From an uncultured bacterium (GTDB lineage: Bacteria; Oederibacteriota; JAAXVQ01; JAUVAV01): a stretch of DNA of 64,000 nucleotides. Each line of letters opens with the position of its first letter. Position 1 is the first letter of the stretch. The notes under the pieces were generated by a model. It searched no databases. It was not told where the DNA came from and saw only the letters and a list, made by a program, of their open reading frames with translations. The stretch covers positions 1,024,001-1,088,000 of the forward strand of contig CAVQBK010000003.1 of NCBI GenBank assembly GCA_963710755.1, written 5' to 3'. Both the position numbers and the translations under genes were made by a program. Of this stretch, positions 21,664-31,574 are shown piece after piece.

Positions 21664-21689
21664 CCGCCCGTCCGGGAAAGGGGCTCAGC

Positions 21690-24284
21690 ATGACCACATC
21701 GCCAACGGCACATCAAAAATTCCTGATTATTGACGGCACCGCCCAAGTTTATCGTGCTTTTTATGCCATTAAGCTCCTCACTGATCCCGACGGTCAGCCG
21801 GTCAATGCTGTTTACGGCGTGGCCTCCATGCTCCTTAACTTGTGGCGGCAGGAACGTCCCACCCATATGGCTGTGGTTTTTGACCGGCCTGAACCCACCT
21901 TTCGTCATCAGGCCTTCCCGGCCTACAAAGCTCAGCGCGAAAAAGTGCCGGAGGACCTGGTTCGCCAGCTGCCCATGATCAAGACCTTGCTGGGGCAATT
22001 GGGATTTGTGGTGGTGGAACAAGCCGGTTTGGAAGCCGATGACATTATCAGCACCATGGCCACTGAAGCGGCTGCCGACCGAGTGCCGGTTCTGGTGGTG
22101 AGTAGTGATAAAGATTTGTTTCAAATCGTTAATAAACAGATTCACATGTTGCGCCCCTTGCGCGGCGGCAAAGGGGAATACGAACGCCTGGATAGCCACG
22201 GCGTGGCGGCCACTTTTGGCGTCGAGCCCGCCCAAGTTCCGGAAGTACTGGCGCTCATGGGAGACAATTCCGACAATATTCCCGGCGTAGCCGGTATTGG
22301 GCCCAAAACCGCCGTGGCCTTGATAGCTCAGTATCGCACGGTAGATAATCTCTACCTTCACCTGGATGAAATCAAACAGGATAAGCTCAGGGAAAAACTG
22401 CAGCACCAGCGCGAGCAGGCTTTCCAATCGTTGCACCTGGTTAAAGTGCTGACCAATGCGGCTTTGGAAAAAAAATGGCATGAATGTGCGGCGCCGGCTG
22501 AGATTCCGGTCACTGGTTGGGAAGGGTTGAACCGGCTTGGCTTCAAACGATTGCTGACCGCGCTGACGCCGCCGCAGGAAACTGCAGCCTTGCCGCCGGC
22601 CTGGGGCCAGGAGGTGCACCTGCTGGAGGATGTAACCCAATTATGCCATGCTGCCCGGACCCATAAACAGTTGGCCGTGGACATGGTGCGTGATCATCTG
22701 GTCTTGGCTGTTAACACCACCCAAGCTCTGCAGCTGCCTCTGGCAGGCTTTACGCTTGCCGGACTGCTCCAAGCTTACCCTTGTCTGCTCGACTGCCTGG
22801 AAAATGAAACCATTGCTAAAATCAGTTATCAATTTAAACCGCTGCTGATCGCCTGCTTGGAAAGCCAACGCCGCGCGGGTGGTCCGGTGGAGGATTTGCA
22901 TCTGGCCGCGCACTTGCTTGATCTTCCGGCCAATAGTCTGGAACGTTTTGTGGAGCGGCTGTTGGGCCCGGTGGGCGAGCAGACCTCGCCCGGCGCTTTA
23001 GCCTGCGCTTTGCTTCAAATCCATAAACAGCTTCTGAAAAAAATGAGGCATGAGAAGTTGGACCAAGTCTACACCTCTATCGAACTGCCGCTGCTGCCGG
23101 TGTTGGCCAAAATGGAATGGACCGGCGTGGCCATTGATGTAAAGGCTGTTAATAAAATGGCCCAGCAATTGGGCCGTCAGTTGGACCAATTGGAAAAAGA
23201 CATCCAGACCATGGCCGGCCATGACTTTAACGTACGTTCTCCCCAACAGCTGGCTGAGGTCCTGTTTGACCAGCTCAATCTCTCGCCTGGGAAAAAGACC
23301 AAGACCGGCCGTTCCACCAGCGTGGAAGTGCTGGAGATGCTGGCACCGCAGCACCCGCTGCCCGCCACGGTCTTGGAGTATCGAAAACTTCAGAAAATAA
23401 AATCCACCTATCTGGATGTTCTGCCCAAACTGATTTCACCTCAAGACCAGCGCTTGCATACGACCTTTAATCAAGTGGGCGCAGCCACGGGCCGTCTTTC
23501 CTCCACCGATCCCAATCTACAAAACATTCCTGTACGCACCGAGATAGGCCAAAAGCTGCGGGCCATGTTTATTCCCCAACAATCGCGGGATCTGCTGCTC
23601 TCGGCCGACTACTCCCAGATCGAGTTACGTCTGCTGGCGCATTTGTCCGAGGACCAACAGATGCTGGAGGATTTTAAAAACAACCGTGATATCCACCGTA
23701 CCATGGCAGCGGATATTTTTAGTGTGTCCCTGGATGAGGTCACACCGGATATGCGCCGTCAGGCCAAAACCTGCAATTTCGGTATTGCCTATGGGGTCAG
23801 CCCCTACGGGCTGGCCAAGCAGATCGGCGTTCCTCCATTTCGTGCCAAGGCCTTCATTGACGGTTTTTATCACCGTTATCCCGGGGTCAGGGCTTTCCTG
23901 GATCAAACCCTGGTTCAGGCCCACGCCGACGGCTATGTTACCACCTTGATGGGACGGAAACGGCACCTTCCTGACATCCATTCCGCCAACCGCACCATCC
24001 GGGAAGCGGCAGAACGGATGGCCATTAATGCCCCCATTCAAGGGTCAGCCGCAGACCTAATCAAGCTGGCTATGATTGAGATTGACCGGGCTTTGGAAGC
24101 AGGCCGTTTATCTTCACGCATGATTCTGCAAGTGCACGATGAATTGTTATTTGAAGGGCCGGCTGAAGAAATGGAACCCTTGAAAGCTCTGGTGGTCAAT
24201 AAAATGAGCAAAGTCTATCCACTGAAGGTAACCCTCACCGTGGATGTGGGCTACGGCAACAATTGGAAAGAAGCCCACACTTGA
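21690..24284 (+). CDS. polA: DNA polymerase I
   Basis: 5'-3' exonuclease (IDG...EADD...GDNSDNIPGV); polymerase motifs SADYSQIELR, NFGIAYG, LQVHDEL. Confidence 0.97.
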   Translation: MTTSPTAHQKFLIIDGTAQVYRAFYAIKLLTDPDGQPVNAVYGVASMLLNLWRQERPTHMAVVFDRPEPTFRHQAFPAYKAQREKVPEDLVRQLPMIKTLLGQLGFVVVEQAGLEADDIISTMATEAAADRVPVLVVSSDKDLFQIVNKQIHMLRPLRGGKGEYERLDSHGVAATFGVEPAQVPEVLALMGDNSDNIPGVAGIGPKTAVALIAQYRTVDNLYLHLDEIKQDKLREKLQHQREQAFQSLHLVKVLTNAALEKKWHECAAPAEIPVTGWEGLNRLGFKRLLTALTPPQETAALPPAWGQEVHLLEDVTQLCHAARTHKQLAVDMVRDHLVLAVNTTQALQLPLAGFTLAGLLQAYPCLLDCLENETIAKISYQFKPLLIACLESQRRAGGPVEDLHLAAHLLDLPANSLERFVERLLGPVGEQTSPGALACALLQIHKQLLKKMRHEKLDQVYTSIELPLLPVLAKMEWTGVAIDVKAVNKMAQQLGRQLDQLEKDIQTMAGHDFNVRSPQQLAEVLFDQLNLSPGKKTKTGRSTSVEVLEMLAPQHPLPATVLEYRKLQKIKSTYLDVLPKLISPQDQRLHTTFNQVGAATGRLSSTDPNLQNIPVRTEIGQKLRAMFIPQQSRDLLLSADYSQIELRLLAHLSEDQQMLEDFKNNRDIHRTMAADIFSVSLDEVTPDMRRQAKTCNFGIAYGVSPYGLAKQIGVPPFRAKAFIDGFYHRYPGVRAFLDQTLVQAHADGYVTTLMGRKRHLPDIHSANRTIREAAERMAINAPIQGSAADLIKLAMIEIDRALEAGRLSSRMILQVHDELLFEGPAEEMEPLKALVVNKMSKVYPLKVTLTVDVGYGNNWKEAHT

Positions 24285-24527
24285 CCGGAACTCAAATATT
24301 TATTACCATGGTTAATAGTCTCCCAACTGGGATGGGCATGGCGGATACACAACTCTGGCACCTAAGGTCGCGAAGGGCTTGAGCTTCCGGTATTAAACCC
24401 GGCATTGAACTGCCATAAGCCATCACATGCCATGGCGTCGGTCTGAAGAACCAAAGGGCAACCCGTTACCCGAGGTATCCTCTTGGTGGCAGCTTGACCT
24501 AAACACTTATCCGATAAACAGGTAGCT

Positions 24528-25250
24528 ATGACCAAAAAAGAAAAGGCACCAATTATTGTTATCACCGGGGGGACGGGGTCAGGGAAAAGCACGGTGGCCG
24601 CGGTCTTCAATAAACTGGGCGCCCGCTTGATTGATGTGGACCGTTTTGCTCATCGTTTTTTAAAACCCGGCTCACCAGCCTGGCACCAGCTCCTGCAAGC
24701 ATTTGCCGGCGTCAAACTGCGTCAGCCTAAATCCTTTAATCAACCTTATGCGCCGGAAGATTTTATAGATGCCCAACAGCAACCCCTGACCTCATTGCCT
24801 TGGCTGATCAATCAACAAGGGGTAATCCGGCGGGACAAACTGGGGGCCAAGGTTTTTGCCGACAGCGCTGCCTTGGAACAGCTGAATAAAATTATTCATC
24901 CCCGCCTGCGCAAGGCTTTGGACGCCAAATTGACTATGCATCGCCGCCTCAGCACCAAACCAGTGGTTCTGGATATGGCTGTCTATCCTGAGAAACTATT
25001 CCGCGGCTTGGGGGATGTGGTACTATGGGTGAGGGCCCCCGGAGGGTTACGGGCCCAGCGTCTGGCCGATCACCGCCGTCTGAGCCTGGAAGAAGCCAGT
25101 GCCCGCGTGCGGATTCAATGGAAAGATGATGAATTTAAAAAGGTGGCCAACTTTATCCTGCCCAACCTGGGCTCCGATACCGACTTGAAAAAATCCGCCG
25201 AAGCCCTATGGCCCCAGCTGCTGAAATTTGCCTACGATGGAGGCAAATAA
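24528..25250 (+). CDS. coaE: Dephospho-CoA kinase (with a ~30-aa insertion)
   Basis: ITGGTGSGKST, IDVD, KLGAKVF, LNKIIHP; follows polA. Confidence 0.88.
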   Translation: MTKKEKAPIIVITGGTGSGKSTVAAVFNKLGARLIDVDRFAHRFLKPGSPAWHQLLQAFAGVKLRQPKSFNQPYAPEDFIDAQQQPLTSLPWLINQQGVIRRDKLGAKVFADSAALEQLNKIIHPRLRKALDAKLTMHRRLSTKPVVLDMAVYPEKLFRGLGDVVLWVRAPGGLRAQRLADHRRLSLEEASARVRIQWKDDEFKKVANFILPNLGSDTDLKKSAEALWPQLLKFAYDGGK

Positions 25251-26719
25251 TGCAATATTATTTTGAAGAGATGCCTATGCAACGATGGCTGCTCTTTATT
25301 TTTTTAGCCATGACCTTTCCTCTGAATTATCTTCTGGCCTATTTTTTAAATGATCATGTTTGGCTAATCCTGGTTGCCTTCACACCCTTGGTGGGACAAT
25401 TGTTTGTGTCCAACCGTGTGGGTAATTTACTTCTAGTGGTCAGCGTTCTTTTCTATACCCTTTCCGCCATGCGTTTGGAACATCCTGAACTCCGGGCAAT
25501 CCTGATTTTCTATATTCTGGTGGCCCTGCTGATGAGTATTTTCGGCTATTTTTACCGTCGGCGGAAAATACTGGAAACCAATGTTTTTGAAGATAAGCTT
25601 TCCACTCTGCATGAGGAGCTGACCCTCCAGCGAGAACAATACAAGAGTGATCTTATGATCAGTGTGGCGGATAGAAAAAAATTCGAAAAATATTCTATGC
25701 TTAACAGGGTGTCCAATGCCTTTAGTGCGGAATTGCAGCTGCAAAAATTGCTCGCTTCGGCGGTAAAGGAAATACAGCATGTGATCGGTCCGGAACGAGG
25801 ACGGTTTATCATTGCCGCTTCAGGCGTGGATAGTGACGAAGTTTATCTTCGCAGTTTGCCGGAACAAGTTGAGAACGACGATATGCTTCAAGACCAGTTT
25901 TCTTCCTGGATTCAGGAACATAAGGTCGGTCTGCTCATTGACGACACTAAAAATGATTTTCGTTTCCACGCCTTGGATGATCAAGACCGTGTCAGAAGTC
26001 TAATGATCGTACCCATGCTGATAGCCGGCCAACTTAAGGGTTTTGTACGGGTGGAGAGCCCTTGGGAAAACATGTTTAACGTCAATGATTTACAGTTGCT
26101 TACCATCATGACCGATATCATCGCGGTCTCCACAGAAAATGCCAGGCTCTTTCAGCAACAAAAAGAACTCGCGGTGACGGACAGTTTGACCGGATTGTAT
26201 CTGCGTCGTTTTCTGGACAAACGTATTGAAGAGGAGTATGGCCGATACCAGGCACATGGTACGGTCTTCAGCCTGATGATCCTGGATATCGATCATTTTA
26301 AGCATATCAACGACCGTTTGGGTCATATTGCCGGCGACCAAGTGCTCATCCAGCTGGCCAAATTATTACAACAGGAAATTCGCAGCATTGATATCGTGGC
26401 CCGTTATGGCGGGGAGGAATTTATCATTCTGCTGCCCAATACCTGGATTGAAGGCGCTTTGGTACTGGCAGAACGTATCCGGAAAAAAGTTCAACAACAT
26501 CCATTTAATGCCCTGGATCAGAGTCTGAAGGTGACGCTTAGCATCGGCGTGGGGGAATGTCCACGGCATGCAATTGAAGTGGCTGCCCTAATTAGGAAGA
26601 CGGATGACGCCTTGTACCGGGCTAAACGTAATGGACGCAACCAAGTCAGTTTGGCTGAGGAGCAGTCATCTTCAACACCGGACGCAGCCGGGGGGCTCTA
26701 TGACCAGAACCAGGCGTAA
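25250..26719 (+). CDS. Membrane GAF-GGDEF diguanylate cyclase
   Basis: N-terminal hydrophobic helices, GAF, TDSLTGLY, DIDHFK, RSID I-site, RYGGEEF; ATG overlaps the coaE stop. Confidence 0.92.
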   Translation: MQYYFEEMPMQRWLLFIFLAMTFPLNYLLAYFLNDHVWLILVAFTPLVGQLFVSNRVGNLLLVVSVLFYTLSAMRLEHPELRAILIFYILVALLMSIFGYFYRRRKILETNVFEDKLSTLHEELTLQREQYKSDLMISVADRKKFEKYSMLNRVSNAFSAELQLQKLLASAVKEIQHVIGPERGRFIIAASGVDSDEVYLRSLPEQVENDDMLQDQFSSWIQEHKVGLLIDDTKNDFRFHALDDQDRVRSLMIVPMLIAGQLKGFVRVESPWENMFNVNDLQLLTIMTDIIAVSTENARLFQQQKELAVTDSLTGLYLRRFLDKRIEEEYGRYQAHGTVFSLMILDIDHFKHINDRLGHIAGDQVLIQLAKLLQQEIRSIDIVARYGGEEFIILLPNTWIEGALVLAERIRKKVQQHPFNALDQSLKVTLSIGVGECPRHAIEVAALIRKTDDALYRAKRNGRNQVSLAEEQSSSTPDAAGGLYDQNQA

Positions 26720-28136
26720 CTATGGCATATTGGCGGTGGGGGTTGTGCTTATCAACAGCCTTACCTATATCAATTATCAGCAGGATGCCATGCTTCCGTT
26801 TTCCTTACTCTTTTTACCCCTGATCATTCTGGCCGGGTACTGGGAGGAAACCATTGGTGCTTTGGCCGTAACCGTGGTCTCGGTTTTAACCATGGTGGCC
26901 CTTAATTTACTGCGTATTGTCGATCCTAAAAACGCCATGGTGGCGGTTGTGACTTTTGGCATGGCTTTCGGTCTGGTGGCGCTTATCAACTATGACCGGG
27001 AACGCAAACATCGGCGCCGGCTGGAAGAACTTACACCCAAGGAACAGGAATTGGCTGCCGTACAGCAGCGCGTCAACACCATCAGGGAGCAAATCGAAGG
27101 TTATGAGAAACGACTAAGGGGTCTTATCAAAGTCTATCAGGTTACCAAGGTGCTGGGTGGCATGATCAAGCTAGTCCCCATGCTGGATGAAGCGCGCCTG
27201 ATTGTGTCCGGCATACTATCTTCCCATTTTCGGTCAGCCAACACGGAACCGGCGCGTCTGGCCATTTATATTCCCGACGAAGAATCAAGTGATTTTGTAA
27301 GAACCGGTTCGCGGGGGCTGGAAATTTCCGATGAGGGATTTCCGGAAAAAATCACGGCCAAACATTTGAAACGTTGGCTGGGGGAAGATTTGAATTCCGT
27401 GCTTATTGAAGATTTGCGGCAGGAAGAACGGTTTCGACCTTTTGCCGAACAGGTGACGTTTCGGGCCTTGATGGCAGTGCCGCTGGTGCTCAATGACATT
27501 GTGATCGGCGTGCTCATGATGGGGGCCAATAAACCGGCCAGTTTTTCGGCCCAGGAATTCAATAAGATTGAAGTGCTGGGGCGCCAAATTGCCCTGGCAC
27601 TCAAGAAGGTTTTTTTATATCGTAAGGTTCAAAAACTCTCGGTAACCGACAGCTTGACCGGGCTTTATGTGCGCCGTTTTTTCCATGAACGGCTGAACGA
27701 GGAGATTATCCGAGCCAAACGTTATCAACAACAGCTATGTCTGCTCATGCTCGATCTGGACCATTTTAAGGAGGTCAACGACCAATTTGGCCATCAGCAG
27801 GGAGACACGGTGCTGATGGAAGTTGCCCGGCGGCTGCAAACCGTGGCCGGTCAAACCGCCTTGGTGGCCAGGTATGGCGGAGAGGAATTCGCGGTCATCC
27901 TGCCCAACACTAGTGCCAAAGCAGGTTCGGAATTGGGCAAGATCATTAATCGTCATATGAAAGCTTCACCCATTAGTCTTGCCGGGGGCCAGGGCATTAC
28001 CTTAACGATTTCCATTGGTGTCAGTGCCTTTCCGGCCCTGGCCAGAGATCAGGACAATCTGCTGGCGTCAGCCGATCAAGCCTTATATCAGGCCAAGCAC
28101 GAAGGCCGTGACCGGGTGGTGGTATTTCAGGGTTGA
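26700..28136 (+). CDS. Membrane GAF-GGDEF diguanylate cyclase
   Basis: TM helices, coiled coil, GAF, TDSLTGLY, DLDHFK, RYGGEEF; no RxxD I-site. Confidence 0.92.
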   Translation: MTRTRRNYGILAVGVVLINSLTYINYQQDAMLPFSLLFLPLIILAGYWEETIGALAVTVVSVLTMVALNLLRIVDPKNAMVAVVTFGMAFGLVALINYDRERKHRRRLEELTPKEQELAAVQQRVNTIREQIEGYEKRLRGLIKVYQVTKVLGGMIKLVPMLDEARLIVSGILSSHFRSANTEPARLAIYIPDEESSDFVRTGSRGLEISDEGFPEKITAKHLKRWLGEDLNSVLIEDLRQEERFRPFAEQVTFRALMAVPLVLNDIVIGVLMMGANKPASFSAQEFNKIEVLGRQIALALKKVFLYRKVQKLSVTDSLTGLYVRRFFHERLNEEIIRAKRYQQQLCLLMLDLDHFKEVNDQFGHQQGDTVLMEVARRLQTVAGQTALVARYGGEEFAVILPNTSAKAGSELGKIINRHMKASPISLAGGQGITLTISIGVSAFPALARDQDNLLASADQALYQAKHEGRDRVVVFQG

Positions 28137-28169
28137 GGCCGATGATTAAAAAATCTTAGGAGAAAAGGA

Positions 28170-28198
28170 TTGACAAGGCCGAAGGGGTTAGCTATACT
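28170..28198 (+). promoter_or_regulatory. Sigma70 promoter upstream of rho
   Basis: TTGACA-N17-TATACT. Confidence 0.75.
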
Positions 28199-28317
28199 TT
28201 TTTCAACCTACCGGACGGTAACATCAAAACGTTTTGATTTCAAGTTTTCCCTCACATTTAGAATCACCTTATCGGGAATATTGTCATGACCGGATTGTAC
28301 TTTTTTCCCTTTTTTTA

Positions 28318-28344
28318 TCAATAACGCATGTCCAAGGCCGATAC
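28318..28344 (+). promoter_or_regulatory. Possible sigma28-type promoter within the rho leader
   Basis: TCAA-N15-GCCGATAC versus consensus TAAA-N15-GCCGATAA. Confidence 0.35.
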
Positions 28345-28676
28345 TGTGATCACCGATCGGAGAGTGTGGTTTACTACCAGGACAATATCCTCAATAAGCA
28401 TTGTGGTGGTTCCTGGAGGTTAGTGACGGCAAACTGGCGGCAAGGGAAACCATCATCCCAAAGGTATTCGCAGTTCGGTTAGTCATGCTAAAGACGACTC
28501 ATGGGACTCATTTCAAAAAGGCATTTCATTACGAAAACACAATTTCCTTTTAGGTTTTAGTCAAGCACGACAATCATCGGGCCGCTCCAATCGCTCTTTA
28601 AATCCCGATTTATTATATATAAAATGCTGCCGCCGGCAGCCAAGTTAAGCATCACCCAAAGGGGGAAGAAAGCTTT

Positions 28677-29927
28677 ATGAACGTTACGGAATTAAAACAT
28701 AAAAGCATTTCCGAATTAAACGCCATGGCCAAGAAAATGAAACTGACCGGCGTGGCCGGGTTGAAGACCCAGGAGCTCATCTTTAGAATCATTGAAGCGC
28801 AGGCCTCGAAAAATGGTGATATCAGCGCGGAAGGCGTATTGGAAGTCTTGCCCGACGGCTTTGGCTTCATGCGCTCTCCCGATTATAATTATCTTCCCGG
28901 ACCGGATGATATTTATGTTTCGCCCTCCCAGATCAGACGATTCTCCCTGCGTACGGGGGACACCATTACCGGGCAAGTCCGGCCGCCCAAGGAAGGCGAA
29001 CGTTATTTTGCGCTTTTAAAAGTGGAGAAGATTAATTTTCAAAAACCGGAAAAACAAGAAGATAAAATTCTCTTCGATAATCTCACCCCTATCCATCCCC
29101 GGGAGAGGCTGAATCTTGAATTCAAAGAAGGGGATATCAGCACGCGTATCATGGATCTGTTGATTCCCATCGGCAAGGGACAACGCGGGTTGATTGTCGC
29201 CCCCCCGCGTACTGGGAAGACTATTTTGCTGCAAAAAATAGCCAATGCCATCACCGCCAACCATCCCGATGTGTGGCTAATCGTTCTTCTGATTGATGAA
29301 CGGCCGGAAGAAGTGACGGACATGCAGCGCTCAGTTAAAGGCGAAGTGGTGTCGTCGACCTTTGATGAACCGGCCGACCGCCATGTGCAAGTTGCGGACA
29401 TGGTCATTGAGAAAGCCAAACGTTTGGTGGAGACAGGCATTGACGTGGTCATTTTGCTTGACTCGATCACCCGTCTTGGCAGGGCCCATAATACCATTAT
29501 TCCTTCCTCCGGGAAAATCCTCTCCGGTGGCGTGGATTCCAACGCCCTGCAACGTCCCAAACGTTTCTTTGGCGCGGCGCGCGCACTGGAAGAAGGCGGC
29601 AGCTTGACCATTATTGCCACGGCCCTGGTGGATACGGGCAGCAGGATGGACGAGGTTATCTTTGAGGAATTTAAAGGCACCGGTAATATGGAACTTTGTT
29701 TGGACCGCAAACTGGTGGAAAAACGTGTGTTCCCCGCCATTGATATTAGCCGATCCGGCACCCGGCGTGAAGAACTGCTCATTGGGCCCGACGATTTGGC
29801 CCGTATCTGGGTTCTAAGAAAAGTATTAAATTCCATTTCCAGTGTGGAAGCCATGGAGTTGCTCATCGAGAAGATGGGCAAGACCAAAACCAACAAGGCC
29901 TTCCTGGAAGCCATGAATGTGGGCTAA
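28677..29927 (+). CDS. rho: Transcription termination factor Rho
   Basis: [42 protein letters not shown]. Confidence 0.99.
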   Translation: MNVTELKHKSISELNAMAKKMKLTGVAGLKTQELIFRIIEAQASKNGDISAEGVLEVLPDGFGFMRSPDYNYLPGPDDIYVSPSQIRRFSLRTGDTITGQVRPPKEGERYFALLKVEKINFQKPEKQEDKILFDNLTPIHPRERLNLEFKEGDISTRIMDLLIPIGKGQRGLIVAPPRTGKTILLQKIANAITANHPDVWLIVLLIDERPEEVTDMQRSVKGEVVSSTFDEPADRHVQVADMVIEKAKRLVETGIDVVILLDSITRLGRAHNTIIPSSGKILSGGVDSNALQRPKRFFGAARALEEGGSLTIIATALVDTGSRMDEVIFEEFKGTGNMELCLDRKLVEKRVFPAIDISRSGTRREELLIGPDDLARIWVLRKVLNSISSVEAMELLIEKMGKTKTNKAFLEAMNVG

Positions 29928-30003
29928 CTCAAAATTTTGTGGGCAAGCATGGGAGGGTTAACCCTTGGCGCCTGTGCGTGAGATATGTTTTTTGAATTAA
30001 CGG

Positions 30004-30032
30004 TTGCTAAAAAAAAGGGCTTGTGCTAGACT
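30004..30032 (+). promoter_or_regulatory. Putative sigma70 promoter of rpmE
   Basis: TTGCTA-N17-TAGACT with extended TG. Confidence 0.55.
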
Positions 30033-30093
30033 AGCGCACACTTTTTAAGGAAGGGAACCTATCCTATCGGTTCCCAGGTTTTGGAGGCCAATT

Positions 30094-30303
30094 GTGAAAG
30101 AGAAGATTCATCCTAAATATGAAGCCACTACCGTGACCTGCGCCTGCGGCAATACCTTTGAAACGCGCACCACGGTAGCACCACAGCTGCGTGTGGAAAT
30201 TTGCTCCGCCTGTCACCCGTTCTTTACAGGTACGCAGAAACTGGTGGATACCGCAGGCCGGGTGGAAAAATTCCGTCGTCGTTATCAAAAGAAACAAGCT
30301 TAG
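30094..30303 (+). CDS. rpmE: 50S ribosomal protein L31 (Zn-binding type)
   Basis: [27 protein letters not shown]. Confidence 0.98.
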   Translation: MKEKIHPKYEATTVTCACGNTFETRTTVAPQLRVEICSACHPFFTGTQKLVDTAGRVEKFRRRYQKKQA

Positions 30304-30318
30304 CTCAAGATCAATCTT

Positions 30319-30368
30319 AAGGCTCATTTTGGTCGATTTTTGGCCAGAATGAGCCTTTTGTTTCTTTT
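30319..30368 (+). terminator. Intrinsic terminator after rpmE
   Basis: aaggctcattttggtc...ggccagaatgagcctt stem followed by a T-rich tract. Confidence 0.75.
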
Positions 30369-30418
30369 ACCCTGATGTGTGTTTGACATATCTGGGCAAA
30401 GGCGGTAAATGAGGACTT

Positions 30419-31105
30419 ATGAACGTACTATTGCTAAAACACACCCAGGATCCCGAACTCGTGGTGGCCCAAGCCGGCAAATTGTGCTATTCCGCAGTAG
30501 GGGTGAACGAGATTGCCCAACAATTAACGCCTGCTAAAACCGAAGCCTTTATTAAAAAACTTATTGAGCTTGGTCATTTTTCGGCTTTGGAACATGCTGT
30601 TTTTACCTTTGCGGTTGAAGGGGTGTCCCGCGCTTTAACCCATCAACTGGTCCGGCACCGTCTGGCTTCTTACTCTCAGCAGAGCCAGCGCTATGTCAGT
30701 ATGCACGATTTTCCCTATGTCACCCCGCCTTCTCTGGAAGCTAATCCGGCTTTGAAAACACGTTATCAAGAAGTCATGCAACGTCTGGGAGCAGACTATG
30801 AAGCCTTGCTGGAAGCTGGTGTACCCGCCGAAGATGCGCGCTATTTGCTGCCCAATGCCTGTGAAACCAAAATGGTGATCACCATGAATGCCCGGGAATT
30901 GCATCACTTTTTTAGACTGCGTTGTTGTAACCGCGCCCAATGGGAGATTCACGCCATGGCAGACCTGATGCTTAAAACCGTGAAAGCCGTGGCGCCGGGG
31001 TTGTTCGTGGGCGCCGGACCGGGTTGCGTGGCCGGGCCCTGCCCGGAGGGGTCTATGACTTGTGGTGAGGCCCGGGACGTTAAAGCCAAATATCAAGCCC
31101 TTTGA
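30419..31105 (+). CDS. thyX: FAD-dependent thymidylate synthase
   Basis: GHFSALEH, QLVRHR, SQQSQRY, AQWEI. Confidence 0.97.
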   Translation: MNVLLLKHTQDPELVVAQAGKLCYSAVGVNEIAQQLTPAKTEAFIKKLIELGHFSALEHAVFTFAVEGVSRALTHQLVRHRLASYSQQSQRYVSMHDFPYVTPPSLEANPALKTRYQEVMQRLGADYEALLEAGVPAEDARYLLPNACETKMVITMNARELHHFFRLRCCNRAQWEIHAMADLMLKTVKAVAPGLFVGAGPGCVAGPCPEGSMTCGEARDVKAKYQAL

Positions 31106-31574
31106 GTTATAAGCACATTCCAAAACCGGGCAAGCCGGAAACAACATTAGCCTATGATCACTGGCTTTGAAATCAACAGTTAGTGATCGATCTCCCTACA
31201 TAAGGAGGATAAAAGGTGGATTGGCGGATGACAAGACGACGTGAAGCCTTTTGACGCCGGTGAGTTTAGAGCGTCCACAGTGGCCACACCGAAAATCCTG
31301 CTAGTCCCTTTCCAAAGGGGAGAAGTAATTATCTTGGTTTTGTTGTGGAAAGACCATTTTTTATAGTCTTTTTGATTGTTACCCCGGTCCGATTTTAGCC
31401 GGGGTTAAGAGGTCTTTAATTTTTACCTTATAAAGTCTATGGGCTCCGGCTAAGAACTTGTCCGAATAACGATGATGAAAAGAGCTTTGTATCTTTAAAT
31501 AATAAAAAAAATTTCGCAACAAGAACTAGCTACATAAGCAATGTAGAACTTGACGACTTACAATCGGAGAACCT

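Noticed and set aside
21624-22640. Long antisense ORFs (also 29039-29914, 46675-47391, 59474-60268)
   Set aside because: Antisense shadows of polA, rho, recA and ftsK with no motifs of their own
22600-23050. Degenerate 3'-5' exonuclease region of PolA
   Set aside because: Common in many bacterial Pol I enzymes
24285-24527. 6S RNA or riboswitch between polA and coaE
   Set aside because: Some complementary segments, but no closing stems or family motifs I can verify without a covariance model; a sigma54-like TGGCAC has the wrong GG-GC spacing
28234-28482. 82-aa ORF in the rho leader
   Set aside because: TTG start without RBS and no recognisable features
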